A DNA stretch of 64,000 bases, taken from IMG/VR virus record IMGVR_UViG_3300037483_000303; one strand, given 5' to 3'. Source of the DNA: an uncultured virus (IMG/VR IMGVR_UViG_3300037483_000303). Taxonomy: Duplodnaviria > Heunggongvirae > Uroviricota > Caudoviricetes. Shown in pieces: positions 8,017-18,181 of this stretch. Below the pieces are notes generated by a model. It saw nothing but the letters and a program-made list of their open reading frames with translations, did no database searches and was not told the origin of the DNA. Each line of letters opens with the position of its first letter. The first letter of the stretch is position 1. The translations under genes were made by a program, and so were the position numbers.

Positions 8017-9533
8017 TTCTTATCTCCGTTGTACCAGGCTTCATTTGCACCGATCATCTGATCGACCAGGCTCAGGCGCATACCAACGGCCTGCTGAGTA
8101 TACGATTCTTGCTCAGCTTCTTTCGGCGCATCTTTGGCAAGTGAAGAGCGCCCATCAACTCGCGCCGATTCTTTCCCGATGATAGATTTACTCTTGAGAA
8201 TTTCGACAATATCAAATTTGTCTTTCTCTTCGACCTGTGCTTCCTCAATGGCTTTGAGGCGGGTGTCCAGATTGCCAAGCACCGTCTTAATGCCGTCACT
8301 GACAAACTCAAGCGCCTTGAGCAAGTCGGCTTGAGTGAGAGGCTTGTCCTCTGTAACGATCACCTGGGCTTCCTTCTGTTCAGTACCAGCAGCATCGGCT
8401 TCTTTTGCCTTACCATTCAATGCCGCTTCCATCTTCTCGACTCGCTCTTCCCCAAACGCTTTGATAAATTCAGGGCGCTTATGGGCGGGCAAGCCTTTCT
8501 CTTGATTGTCTGCTTCCATAGTTGACTCCTTACTGATAATATTAAAAGCTAATTTATTCGCCGCCGCCCATTGGGGCAGGAACGTTATTTCCTTCGTGCG
8601 ATGTCGCACGATAATCGACTTGTCTTTTTCGTCTCTTTGAATCCATTCTCTAGGCATGCCGTGCGAGACACCATCCCATTCAGCTTGAATAACTCCCTCC
8701 GCAGCCCAATCACAATCCTTGTAAAAAATACCTGCCGCCACTGGAAAGCCGGTTGACGAATCATAAGCGTGGTATTGGGTAATACCGACTGGGTACTCAA
8801 CATGCCATAGCCACAACTCCGGCATCGGCCATTCGCCCTTTTGAAGCGACTCGTCAAATTCTTTATGAGATTGTGAACTGATAATCTCAGGGGGATTATC
8901 TTCATCACGTCGGTTATTGGAGTAGGCCGCCAGCCAACGGTAGGTATCAGCCTCTTTCCAAATAAAGATAGATTTGGTTTCGGGTACTTCTTCGGCCGGC
9001 TGCTCTTTGACTGGCTGATTGTCACCGGCTATCTGCTTGGCGATAGCGGTGGCTTTATCTTCCATCGCCATGCACTCTTTCATCATATTGGAGTATTCGG
9101 TAGCCAGGTCCGAAAGCGCCGCTGCTTTATCCTCTACATCGGAGGTCATAATATTGGCGGCGAGACGCTGGAATTTATAGGTCAAATCGTGCATGTGCTC
9201 TGCTTGCTCTTGAGCTTCCTCCTCGGCCATCAGGTCGGCAAAGGTTAGCGGACCGGAAACAGTCATTACCGGCATCATTTCATCGTCATAGTAATCTTTG
9301 GTTTCGGTGTCGCCGGTGACAGTTACATTTATTGGGGCGCCGGAAGTAGCGGTATAGGTAACAGGATCAACTTCCTTTTTGGGCTTCTTCTCATTAGCGT
9401 ACAATGCCGCCACCTGGCGCTTTGCATCCGCCGCGTTGGGGTGAGTCCCTAAAGGCTTGCCAACTGGCTTCCCATCATCGTCAACCTTGAATACAGCATG
9501 CTTACTACCAGACATCATTACCTTATAAGGCAT
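8013..9533 (-). CDS. Prohead protease/scaffold fusion
   Basis: NRRDE..EII, LWLWH, GVSHG, EITFLP..AAN protease pattern plus acidic coiled regions. Confidence 0.75.
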   Translation of the reverse strand: MPYKVMMSGSKHAVFKVDDDGKPVGKPLGTHPNAADAKRQVAALYANEKKPKKEVDPVTYTATSGAPINVTVTGDTETKDYYDDEMMPVMTVSGPLTFADLMAEEEAQEQAEHMHDLTYKFQRLAANIMTSDVEDKAAALSDLATEYSNMMKECMAMEDKATAIAKQIAGDNQPVKEQPAEEVPETKSIFIWKEADTYRWLAAYSNNRRDEDNPPEIISSQSHKEFDESLQKGEWPMPELWLWHVEYPVGITQYHAYDSSTGFPVAAGIFYKDCDWAAEGVIQAEWDGVSHGMPREWIQRDEKDKSIIVRHRTKEITFLPQWAAANKLAFNIISKESTMEADNQEKGLPAHKRPEFIKAFGEERVEKMEAALNGKAKEADAAGTEQKEAQVIVTEDKPLTQADLLKALEFVSDGIKTVLGNLDTRLKAIEEAQVEEKDKFDIVEILKSKSIIGKESARVDGRSSLAKDAPKEAEQESYTQQAVGMRLSLVDQMIGANEAWYNGDKK

Positions 9534-9555
9534 TACTCACCTTTTGGAGAGAAAT

Positions 9556-9585
9556 AAAAAAAAGCGACACTAAGCAGTGTCGCTT
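9556..9585 (-). terminator. Intrinsic terminator/attenuator upstream of the head genes
   Basis: AAGCGACACT-gctt-AGTGTCGCTT plus T run. Confidence 0.8.
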
Positions 9586-9790
9586 GTGATAAATAATATT
9601 AGATTTTAATAGCCCGCTCCTGCCGCCCGCTGTTCTTTTTGGGGTTGCCTTTCGGCGCACCTTGCCGGAGCTAGTCAGCTATTTTATAGCTATGTCTGCC
9701 TTTCGGGTTGATACTGACCCAGGCAACCCCCCACTTGTATCATTGCGGCTACGCCGTGTGGTTATGGGTACGGTTTCCCGTAAGCTATTG
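9586..9790 (-). ncRNA. Structured non-coding RNA or leader
   Basis: Lies between promoter and terminator; GNRA-capped hairpins and a 10-bp GGGGTTGCCT/AGGCAACCCC pairing. Confidence 0.6.
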
Positions 9791-9795
9791 AAAAT

Positions 9796-9824
9796 ATTCT
9801 AGCACGATTTATGTTTACTGTCAA
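9796..9824 (-). promoter_or_regulatory. Sigma70-type promoter
   Basis: TTGACA-17-TAGAAT with TG extension. Confidence 0.8.
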
Positions 9825-9829
9825 TACAA

Positions 9830-10042
9830 CTATCCAAGAAAAGCCTTTAGCAACTCCATCGCCTGGCTGCGTGGTTCAATTTGCTTGCCTTCTATGTACC
9901 AGAATTGAGGTATACCGTCATCATTGACTATCATTACAATATTCAGGACGATAGCATTACTCTGGGTATGATTATGTGACCGGCTACCTAACCGGAATGA
10001 TACCTCTTGGTTGGCGCGTTCGATTACTCTATTCCAGGTCAT
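9830..10042 (-). CDS. Hypothetical protein
   Basis: Coupled ORF. Confidence 0.55.
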   Translation of the reverse strand: MTWNRVIERANQEVSFRLGSRSHNHTQSNAIVLNIVMIVNDDGIPQFWYIEGKQIEPRSQAMELLKAFLG

Positions 10043-10617
10043 GGTAAGTTTGGAAAACGTCCTTTAGTCGCTGGTTGATCCGTCTCTACCCACCTGCATA
10101 AACACCTATACCCGCCACATTTGAGGCGGCTTGTCACCATACGAGGTGCTATATTGTGCGCTGCCCATACGCTGGCACGATGCACACGTCCGTTAAGCTT
10201 GATACACGTCCTGCACGATTCTTTAGGTGAATCTAACTGCCATCGTAGTTTTTTATCCTGACAGGCCAGTGATTGCGCTATAGCCCTAACTTCTTCATAC
10301 CTATTTATCCACAATTCGGCGCGTGGCAATATATCGCTAAACTTATACCCTTCACTTTGCCGGTGTTCATATAGCCAGCTTACCAGGCTGGCGACATATG
10401 CGTTATTGTCGCCAATAAGCAGGTTGAGCCTGTCCTGCTCCTCTTTGGTACGCTCATTTGGCAAAACACCACAGGTCTTGCTACCCTCGGCAAATGCCTG
10501 CTCGAAGCCGCGCCGGATAGCTGAGTACATCTGATCAGCCACGTCTAACGGACTCGCGCCCTTCCATCCGTTGCGAAAGGCAGCACGGATAGAGGCGCGA
10601 TAGGTACTAAGGCTCAT
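10039..10617 (-). CDS. Head morphogenesis (MuF/SPP1 gp7-like) protein
   Basis: W...ESCRTCIKLNG...CGGYRCLCRW; located in the head module. Confidence 0.7.
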   Translation of the reverse strand: MSLSTYRASIRAAFRNGWKGASPLDVADQMYSAIRRGFEQAFAEGSKTCGVLPNERTKEEQDRLNLLIGDNNAYVASLVSWLYEHRQSEGYKFSDILPRAELWINRYEEVRAIAQSLACQDKKLRWQLDSPKESCRTCIKLNGRVHRASVWAAHNIAPRMVTSRLKCGGYRCLCRWVETDQPATKGRFPNLP

Positions 10618-10808
10618 TACCCGCCAACTTTAATTGCATTTAGGTCTGGTAAAATGCCAAAAATTTGCAACAACCAAAAGCAGATTGCAATTATTACGAC
10701 AATATTGATTATCTTTTTAATGTTAGCCTCAATTGGTAGTTGAGTGTTCACCAAATAGAGTAAAACACCAACGATAATCAGGACTACTACTAAAGATATA
10801 AGTGACAT
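10617..10808 (-). CDS. Small two-TM membrane protein
   Basis: LIIVGVLLYLVN...IKKIINIVVIIAICFWLL. Confidence 0.65.
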   Translation of the reverse strand: MSLISLVVVLIIVGVLLYLVNTQLPIEANIKKIINIVVIIAICFWLLQIFGILPDLNAIKVGG

Positions 10809-11030
10809 TCAATCCTCCAAAATAAATAATATATCCTCATCGTCTATCAATGTCCGATGAGGCAACAGTATAGAGAGTGACCTTTGCGGCCAGGGGCGAC
10901 CAGCGCCGCTACTTCCCCCGCTTATATCAGGTGTTGGTGGTACGGACACACCACCCCACCAACCCCGCGTAAAAATAGCCAACGAGTCGCCCATCCATCC
11001 ACCCGTAAAGATTTGAGCCGTTCTATCCAC
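10809..11030 (-). CDS. Hypothetical protein
   Basis: ORF within the structural operon. Confidence 0.5.
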   Translation of the reverse strand: MDRTAQIFTGGWMGDSLAIFTRGWWGGVSVPPTPDISGGSSGAGRPWPQRSLSILLPHRTLIDDEDILFILED

Positions 11031-11031
11031 A

Positions 11032-13758
11032 TCAAACCCTAGTCCGTGTAGTAGGTGTACGAGTATGTGTCAATTCGACTGTACCATCTGGCCCGTCATA
11101 CTCTAAAAGCGTTGGATTTGTCGCATCATTGGCTACGGCATCACCTGCCACCTGCGCCCATACTTCCTTGATGATTTCCTCAAATGTCAGGCCCTCCATT
11201 GTGGCTGCATAAACGGCGGTCACAATCTCATTAACTGCATCAGTCGCCAACGCAGAAGCAGTTAGCGTATTTGCCGCCATTGTACCTACGCTGGAATCCA
11301 TTCGGCCACCGACCAGCGCCGCAGGGATGCGAGTTTGAAGGTCATCCGTATCAGCTTGAAGTGAATTAAGATATTGGACAACCTTGTAACCAATCGTCCC
11401 GACCGTTGTTAATGTCGATTCAAGGATTGCCCACACACTAGCCGGATCGCCTAGCAGGTCGGTGAATACCGGAGATGGCTTGCCCTTATGCCACGCCTGA
11501 AGCCCAGTTAACACATTTGTGCCGTTATAGAAATCAGTAAAATAAACGTAGGCCGCCGCTGTTGCTGTTTTGGTCGTGATACGGATAGTGGCAAAGCCAG
11601 CCACTAGGCCGGTATAACTGGCCGCCAGGTTGAATACCTGCCACGCGCCGGTCGTGTTGTCAAGTGTGGCGGTTGCATCGGCTACGATTGAACCAGGCAG
11701 GAATAGCTCAATCGTACAAACGTCTGTACCAAAAGCAACGTTCTTTTGAGCGAAGCCAAATATAGATGCAGCGGTACTGGCCTTGATGCCGACCAGGAAC
11801 TCCCATACAAAACCGGCAGTGAGATTTTCGGAAGCAAGGCGTACAGTTAAATTGCCAGCCGTTTTGTTGGTCGTATCCGCAAGGCCCACGCCAGTTGAAC
11901 GAGCAACACCGGTATCTGTATACCAGACGTGATTATTGGCCGTCCCGTTCAGAGTGTGAAAATTAACCGACGAGCCTCCCGTCATGCCTGTATAACCCTG
12001 GACAAATATAGCAGACCCAAACGTGCTATTCACAAATGTAATTTGATTGTACGAAGAACCCAAAATGTTTACATCGATAGCATTTGTACCCTTTGTTCCG
12101 CACAAAAGTAAGTTAAACGTTGTGTCTACGGCTCCATTCAGCGTTAAACCCTTTGTCCTGTTGCAGTGTGACTCGCAATTATTAAATGAATGAGTCGCTC
12201 CCGATATATAAATCGGGGCATTAGCGTTGTTGACTGCCGATCCAATGGTATTATTTGATATTGCCACACATCTATTCAGCACAGATGATGATTGAGCAAC
12301 AAAAAATCCTGTTAATCTGTTCTTTACAGCAAAGCAATCATTAAATATTTTCCCCCGACAGGCAATATGGAAGGCATTTACCCCAGTTGCAGTGCTGCTG
12401 TTGCATGCAATCAGCCCTGTAAATGAGTCCGTGCTATAAGAATCACCCAAAAAATAAAAGCCATAAAATGTAAACCCATACACCACAGAATAATCGAAAG
12501 TTATGCGGGTCGTAAGCAAAATTCCAGACTTATTTGAGGCGCTAGACCCTGCCACCTCAAAACGTGCCCAGTCAACGTCAACGTCGCCTACTGTATCATT
12601 GATGTTATAGTAATAAAATCCTTCAGTGGTTGTGGAGGACTTAATAATCACATTGCGCTGGATATTGAGGACATAAGCCCCTGCCGTGTGAGTATAGGTT
12701 AGGGCGGCTTCTACCCCACCTGCTGTGTTAGACAGGACATAACTCGTCGGGCTATTTTTAGTGATGATAAATTTATTTTCAGTCTCTTGGTAGTTCGTAG
12801 CATTTGCGCTATAGGCACAAACTAGAATTTCATCACCTACAGCCCAATCTACCGCATCGGCTACGATCAACGGGTCGGCGGCTGTACCAGCACCGCTAAC
12901 ATAGGTTGTTTTCCATAGGCTGGTAGTAGTTTTTGGCTCACCTTGCAGAGTCAGCTTGCCAGCAACGTATGTCTCCAGTCCATAACGGCCCCCCACCCCA
13001 TTCTCATTAAAGGCCAGCACCGCCGTCTGGCCGGTGGGATAGGGAGTTGCCACCGTTCCCATTCGCAACTCACCGCCGCCGCCCGCCGTGACATTGCCCT
13101 TGCTGGTAAGCTGCGCTGATGTTGCAGTGTCCCAGGTTAGCAAACCACCCTGAGAAATTGTTACTGCGTTTCCAATTGTGCGCTGGCTAATGCCGGTGGT
13201 ATTCGTGCCGCTGCCAATAGTCTGTGTCCCGTCCATTGTGACAGTGATCGTGCCTGTCCCATTGGCCGTGACAATCCATACGTCATCCGTCGCACCTGGT
13301 ACGCCTGTTTGGTCGGTCGTGGCCCAAAATAACGGATTAGCACCACCCGAATCGGCGGCCACAATAGCGTTTGTTGTGGCGCTGGCACGGGTTATTTTGA
13401 AGCGGTACGCGCTGGCCGTTAAGGTAGTAAAAACATAAGGTGTGGCAAATCTAAAATAAATTAGATTGTTAGCAATAGGAAACGCGCTAGCCAACACGCT
13501 CACCGTTGCCGCTGTATCAACGGTGCTTTCCTGCAATGTAACAACGTAGGTAGCTGTTACTGGCACCGTGGTGACAAACAGCAGAACACCCGTACAGGCG
13601 CTTACGAGGTCGGGCGCTGTGAAACCAGCCGTAAAAATGCCGGTGGTCGAGTTGAGCGTGATATTGGTCGAGGCGTGAATCGTCGGCGCATTGGTGACGC
13701 TATTCCACGTCGCTGCGGTTGACCATGCGCCGGTTGCGGCTGCTACTTTTTGAGCCAT
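11032..13758 (-). CDS. Large virion-associated protein, G8-like plus beta-helix regions
   Basis: 908 aa, rich in T/A/G; GGELRMGT...DWAVGDEILV; N/G-rich beta-helix-like repeats. Confidence 0.55.
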   Translation of the reverse strand: MAQKVAAATGAWSTAATWNSVTNAPTIHASTNITLNSTTGIFTAGFTAPDLVSACTGVLLFVTTVPVTATYVVTLQESTVDTAATVSVLASAFPIANNLIYFRFATPYVFTTLTASAYRFKITRASATTNAIVAADSGGANPLFWATTDQTGVPGATDDVWIVTANGTGTITVTMDGTQTIGSGTNTTGISQRTIGNAVTISQGGLLTWDTATSAQLTSKGNVTAGGGGELRMGTVATPYPTGQTAVLAFNENGVGGRYGLETYVAGKLTLQGEPKTTTSLWKTTYVSGAGTAADPLIVADAVDWAVGDEILVCAYSANATNYQETENKFIITKNSPTSYVLSNTAGGVEAALTYTHTAGAYVLNIQRNVIIKSSTTTEGFYYYNINDTVGDVDVDWARFEVAGSSASNKSGILLTTRITFDYSVVYGFTFYGFYFLGDSYSTDSFTGLIACNSSTATGVNAFHIACRGKIFNDCFAVKNRLTGFFVAQSSSVLNRCVAISNNTIGSAVNNANAPIYISGATHSFNNCESHCNRTKGLTLNGAVDTTFNLLLCGTKGTNAIDVNILGSSYNQITFVNSTFGSAIFVQGYTGMTGGSSVNFHTLNGTANNHVWYTDTGVARSTGVGLADTTNKTAGNLTVRLASENLTAGFVWEFLVGIKASTAASIFGFAQKNVAFGTDVCTIELFLPGSIVADATATLDNTTGAWQVFNLAASYTGLVAGFATIRITTKTATAAAYVYFTDFYNGTNVLTGLQAWHKGKPSPVFTDLLGDPASVWAILESTLTTVGTIGYKVVQYLNSLQADTDDLQTRIPAALVGGRMDSSVGTMAANTLTASALATDAVNEIVTAVYAATMEGLTFEEIIKEVWAQVAGDAVANDATNPTLLEYDGPDGTVELTHTRTPTTRTRV

Positions 13759-14007
13759 TTATAACTCGAATGAAATCTCTTGACCGACTACCAGGGCAGT
13801 AGCAATCAATTCCCGAATGTAATCGGTTGCCACCGTGACAATGCGCGCCTGAATGTTGGTCGGGTTACCGGTTGCGCTCAAAACAATCGGTACACTGTCA
13901 ATTACCGCTATCGTGCCATTGGGCCGGATAATGTTAAATTTTGCTTCTAGCTTCGCTCCCGCATCCAATGCTGACACTTCAGTTACTTTTGCTTTCCAGG
14001 TTGCCAT
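13759..14007 (-). CDS. Hypothetical structural protein
   Basis: Coupled ORF after the portal gene. Confidence 0.55.
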   Translation of the reverse strand: MATWKAKVTEVSALDAGAKLEAKFNIIRPNGTIAVIDSVPIVLSATGNPTNIQARIVTVATDYIRELIATALVVGQEISFEL

Positions 14008-14009
14008 TG

Positions 14010-16184
14010 CTAATCTTTCCTGTATACTCGAAACTTACGGGCCAATTTAATAAAGCCAGATTCATCTCTGACAACTTCTGTTGTCTCTTCTTCAATCTCA
14101 GGAGTATAGATGTTAATCTCCGGGGTGACGTTTACCACCGGCGCAGTCTGTTCGGGTACGTTAATCTGTGGGCTAAAATTGATAACTGGGGGCGCTTCCT
14201 TTTCGTGTTTGGGTAGATTGATTTGGGACGGCTTGACATTCACGATAGGCGCGGCCTGTCTAGGCACATTGATATTGTTTTCAACATGAACAGGATCAGG
14301 TTTGGGCATATTGATAATCGCATTAACCTCTGCGGCCTGTTGTTCGGGCATCGTGATATTGAATGTGTGCTCTGGCGTAGTGACGTGGACAGCGGGCATC
14401 GTGACATTAACCACCGGCGCTTGTTCTTTTTGTGGCATAAGCATTCTAAGCTGGATAAACCTGGACCAGCTTAGGCTCTTGTCATCCTCTGCCGGAGGAG
14501 GATTCTGAGGAGGTGGTACTTCGTCAACCGGCTTGTCCTCTACGGGTAATGCCTCATCACTAGGTACTTCAGCCATGCCTTCTTCTATCTGCGCTTGTAT
14601 CTGCTCGCCTTCGTAAAGCTCCTTAAGTGCAATCAAGGCACCGAATGCCTGTTTAGCCAGGTCGAATACTTTGGGCCGAATAGGATTAACCAGGATAGCC
14701 CTAACTTCGAGTAATTTATCCTCAATAGCCGCCAGGACCGTCTCGGCATCGTTCTCCTTGACATTTAACACGTCACCTACACTGATGCTGAGCATCTCCT
14801 GTAAAGCCGGTTCAGTGGTCAGGAATAGGTTAAGAACGTCCGTGCCATCCGGCAATCGCCCATCGGCTAACTCCATATCGTCAAATTGCTGTTCGGTAAT
14901 ATCGCCACTGTCTAGCATCTGCTCGCGGGCCGTGTGAATATCAATTACCTCACTGGCTAAATCTTCCTTGCGTATCTTGCTCCGTACTTCTCTAATCTCG
15001 GCCTGCTGCCGATCCTGTTCGTCGTCCTGGTTGTCAAAGACAACCTCAAGATGACTGGGCACTGGCTTGCCCAATGTATCGGCCAGCTTCGATCCACCTA
15101 ACATATTGATGAAGACTTGCAATAGATGGCCGATGCCGCCGCCCATACCGGCAATATGCTGGTACATCGCGTCTGCCTTAGTTGCGCCGGTGCTGGTGGC
15201 GGGCCAAATCCAACGTGGGGGGATGTTAAGTGCAAGGGCAATGAGAAACATACCAAGAGTAACACTTCTCTCTTTGTCCTCGCCCTTGAGTACACTGGCA
15301 AGGTCTATCGTTTCCAGTTCAATCTCATTGTTAGCAGTGGGCTTGGTAGTGGATGCGATAACCACACTCTTGGAGTAGCGACTTAATCCCTGCGAGTCCA
15401 TTTGCATATCGGCTTGCTGAAAGGCACTGACTATCTCGTTTAAGGTTATGCCTTTTTTGCCGATAATCAGACGGCGCTTGGGTCGGCTGCCTAGCTCCTC
15501 TTGTTCAGTGGTAGCCATGTCTAGCAGATGTTGGGCGGTGTGAATCATTCGGCTTAACGCGCAAAAGCCGACTCCATTCAAGCTGGCATTAGGACTTGGC
15601 ATAGAAGTCGCCGTCATCACGCGAGTATGATGCATTTTGTAGCGATTGCCGCTGCCACCAGGAGCATTGTCTGAATAGATAATAGGGTAGATAGGGTTAG
15701 AGGTACGTTGTACTCTGGATGGGTCAAGAAAGGCCAGCCCATAGAATCCGCGCCGTTCCTTGTCGGGTTTACCGTCGCCTAATACTTCGACAGTCACGCC
15801 GTTGTCCTGAGTGATGAAGGACAGTATCATCTTTGGCGCGAGCGATGGAGCCCAGCCGCCGCCCCAGTCGGACAATTCATTGATGTTAGCCGTTAAATCA
15901 TCAGCCTGCTTGACGTGGGCTTTTATAGACATATCACGAGGAATAACCTTGAGGGGTATTGAGGCTGTCTTGGATATGAACATACTAAACGCGCTGGATA
16001 CATGATCGATCTTCAGATAGTAGCGAGATAATTCAGCATCGCGAGCGCGTGACCAGTAGGTCGGTAATAGTTCACCGGCGCGTGCCAGAATCGGCATAAT
16101 GCCAAGCGCATTGTCTACCAGTAAATCGCTGTTTACCTGCGATTGAATAGTGTGGGTTAATGTACCGTTAATGTCTTGTGCCAT
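14010..16184 (-). CDS. Portal protein with P/V/N-rich C-terminal extension
   Basis: Follows TerL; LAFLDPSRV, NGVGFCALSR, IALALNIPP; repeated PVVNV motifs. Confidence 0.75.
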   Translation of the reverse strand: MAQDINGTLTHTIQSQVNSDLLVDNALGIMPILARAGELLPTYWSRARDAELSRYYLKIDHVSSAFSMFISKTASIPLKVIPRDMSIKAHVKQADDLTANINELSDWGGGWAPSLAPKMILSFITQDNGVTVEVLGDGKPDKERRGFYGLAFLDPSRVQRTSNPIYPIIYSDNAPGGSGNRYKMHHTRVMTATSMPSPNASLNGVGFCALSRMIHTAQHLLDMATTEQEELGSRPKRRLIIGKKGITLNEIVSAFQQADMQMDSQGLSRYSKSVVIASTTKPTANNEIELETIDLASVLKGEDKERSVTLGMFLIALALNIPPRWIWPATSTGATKADAMYQHIAGMGGGIGHLLQVFINMLGGSKLADTLGKPVPSHLEVVFDNQDDEQDRQQAEIREVRSKIRKEDLASEVIDIHTAREQMLDSGDITEQQFDDMELADGRLPDGTDVLNLFLTTEPALQEMLSISVGDVLNVKENDAETVLAAIEDKLLEVRAILVNPIRPKVFDLAKQAFGALIALKELYEGEQIQAQIEEGMAEVPSDEALPVEDKPVDEVPPPQNPPPAEDDKSLSWSRFIQLRMLMPQKEQAPVVNVTMPAVHVTTPEHTFNITMPEQQAAEVNAIINMPKPDPVHVENNINVPRQAAPIVNVKPSQINLPKHEKEAPPVINFSPQINVPEQTAPVVNVTPEINIYTPEIEEETTEVVRDESGFIKLARKFRVYRKD

Positions 16185-16393
16185 TATTCATCATCCCAGA
16201 TGGGCCGCTTGAAGTAGGCTCTAATTGATTCACTATCAACTATAACAGTAACTAATTCCCATCCAAGTTGACCCAACTCATTCATATCTTTATCATCAGA
16301 AGAATAACTTAGCCAGGTAGCAAGATACTCCCACTTCTGCGGCTTTATCTCGCCTATTTCAATCTGTACTTCAGCATCCGGCATTTGTGCCAT
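16184..16393 (-). CDS. DUF4177-like small protein
   Basis: KWEY...MNELGQLGWELV...YFKRP. Confidence 0.6.
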   Translation of the reverse strand: MAQMPDAEVQIEIGEIKPQKWEYLATWLSYSSDDKDMNELGQLGWELVTVIVDSESIRAYFKRPIWDDE

Positions 16394-17688
16394 TACCAGT
16401 TCCCCAGAGGCATACTGACTACCTCGCCAAGCGGTTGGTTGATATAGGTTGCCGCATAGCGCAGGGCATCGAGTCTATGATATTTGCGCTTGTCCATTAT
16501 TTCCTCAGTCGGCTCACCGCGCTCGTCCAGCTTGCGTCGATAGCTGCCCAATTCATCCCTGAGTCCTGACAGCGTTCTAAATACTCTCAGCTTATCAGTC
16601 TTTATTAATTCGGTCACTTTGTCTATGCCGTTCTCGACTTCTTTAATCGGTGGTTCAAGAACGGGTAAGCCAGCCGCTTCCCAATCCATTCGGTACTGTG
16701 TCTCACTGCCTGCACCGCCTACAAAGGTATGGTCCGCCTTGCGCTCTGTCGATTCCACGTGCTCGGCTGATGACTTGTCACCTTCCAATGTCTCTTTATA
16801 GACATACCATTTTTCACTATCTGGGTCTTGAGCCAGGTAAAGTGTCGCCGTATTAGCACCGCCAAAGTCAACCCCTGTAACCCGTTCCCAGTCATCTGGG
16901 ATAGCAAATGGGTCAACCAGCATATTGTCGGCGAAGGCCGAATAGATAAGACCAGCCGGTTTAGCGAATTGGCCCAGGTAGAACATTGCAAAGCGCCAGT
17001 CTTGCATCTTGGAACGGACGCGCTCAAACTCCTGGAGGGGGAAGGCCGGGTTTTGGATACTGGCAAATTGAATAACGTCAATGTCGGGATCACCATTCTT
17101 CCAGACGTCGTATATTTCCGACTTAATCCATCCAAGATTGTAGAGAGTAGTTGCGGCATAGACCCGGCCTTGATGAAGTGATAAGCGCCTAAGAATAGCT
17201 TCCCAGGTCTCAAGAGTATATTCATCTTGTCCGGCTTCATCCAAAATGGCGGCTTTAGCTGTAGCCGATTCAAGGCCGGAAGGGGAAGAGGCCGAACGCA
17301 GGATGATGCGTCCATACATCGGGTCATCAACTCTTTTGGCCCAAAAGCCTTTATTCGGGTCTTTAAGTTCAATGACTCGCTCGCCAGACCAGTACCGACC
17401 AATTCCAAGCAGGTGCTCAAAGACGTTTCGCATCTCAGGTAGGAATTTGAGCTTAAATAGATCATAGCTGGCGGTCGTGGCGATATAGTCATTGTCCCCA
17501 TCAGGTGTAACAGTCTGGTTAATGAGCTTATGTAAAACCCAGGGGAGCCAACTAGTTTTTCCAGATTGCGTGCCCGCCAGGATGAAAACAAAGCGCCGGG
17601 TTGATTGCCATGCCCTTGCCTGTCCTTTGTGAAATGGGAGTCTGAGTTTACCATCATCAATTTTCCATAGTGTCATCTGGTAGCTCAA
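16393..17688 (-). CDS. terL: Terminase large subunit
   Basis: Walker A AGTQSGKT, Walker B ILDEAGQ, nuclease GVDFG...HRLDALRY. Confidence 0.92.
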   Translation of the reverse strand: MSYQMTLWKIDDGKLRLPFHKGQARAWQSTRRFVFILAGTQSGKTSWLPWVLHKLINQTVTPDGDNDYIATTASYDLFKLKFLPEMRNVFEHLLGIGRYWSGERVIELKDPNKGFWAKRVDDPMYGRIILRSASSPSGLESATAKAAILDEAGQDEYTLETWEAILRRLSLHQGRVYAATTLYNLGWIKSEIYDVWKNGDPDIDVIQFASIQNPAFPLQEFERVRSKMQDWRFAMFYLGQFAKPAGLIYSAFADNMLVDPFAIPDDWERVTGVDFGGANTATLYLAQDPDSEKWYVYKETLEGDKSSAEHVESTERKADHTFVGGAGSETQYRMDWEAAGLPVLEPPIKEVENGIDKVTELIKTDKLRVFRTLSGLRDELGSYRRKLDERGEPTEEIMDKRKYHRLDALRYAATYINQPLGEVVSMPLGNW

Positions 17689-18154
17689 CTATGATTTCAG
17701 TAAATGGGATAGGGCCACCACCCGGCCCGCTATGCTCAACCCGGTCGGCAAATAGTCCATGCGCCTTGCCGATGTGAACCAACGCGGCCTGTGCATCATA
17801 AAGCTCAAACCGTAGCTTATGATGAATCTTGCCCTTACTATCCTCATAGACATCAGATATAACTGTCTTAACCAGGTGCGCCTTTGGATGGTCTTTTAGG
17901 TCCTCGCGTAAATTAACCTCGGTAAAGTCGGCATGACTTCCCCGCGCTTGATCGGCCAGCCTGACAAGTACCTCATCAGTTGACATTTTAAGCTCAGCTA
18001 TACGAGCGTCAATTTCAGCTTTAATATCAACATTTGTCAACAGCCGTGATCCGATTTGATTAGAGCGTCCATTGTAACCGGCGCGTCTTGCTGCCTCTGA
18101 TGAGTTCCAACACTTTAGGTATTCTTCGACAAATACGGTTTGTTTGGTATTCAC
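17657..18154 (-). CDS. terS: Terminase small subunit
   Basis: KQTVFVEEYL..NSSEAARRAGY, LYDAQAAL, VEHSGPGGGPI. Confidence 0.9.
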   Translation of the reverse strand: MNTKQTVFVEEYLKCWNSSEAARRAGYNGRSNQIGSRLLTNVDIKAEIDARIAELKMSTDEVLVRLADQARGSHADFTEVNLREDLKDHPKAHLVKTVISDVYEDSKGKIHHKLRFELYDAQAALVHIGKAHGLFADRVEHSGPGGGPIPFTEIIVELPDDTMEN

Positions 18155-18181
18155 TACGCTTCGTGTCCCCTCGGGGGATAA

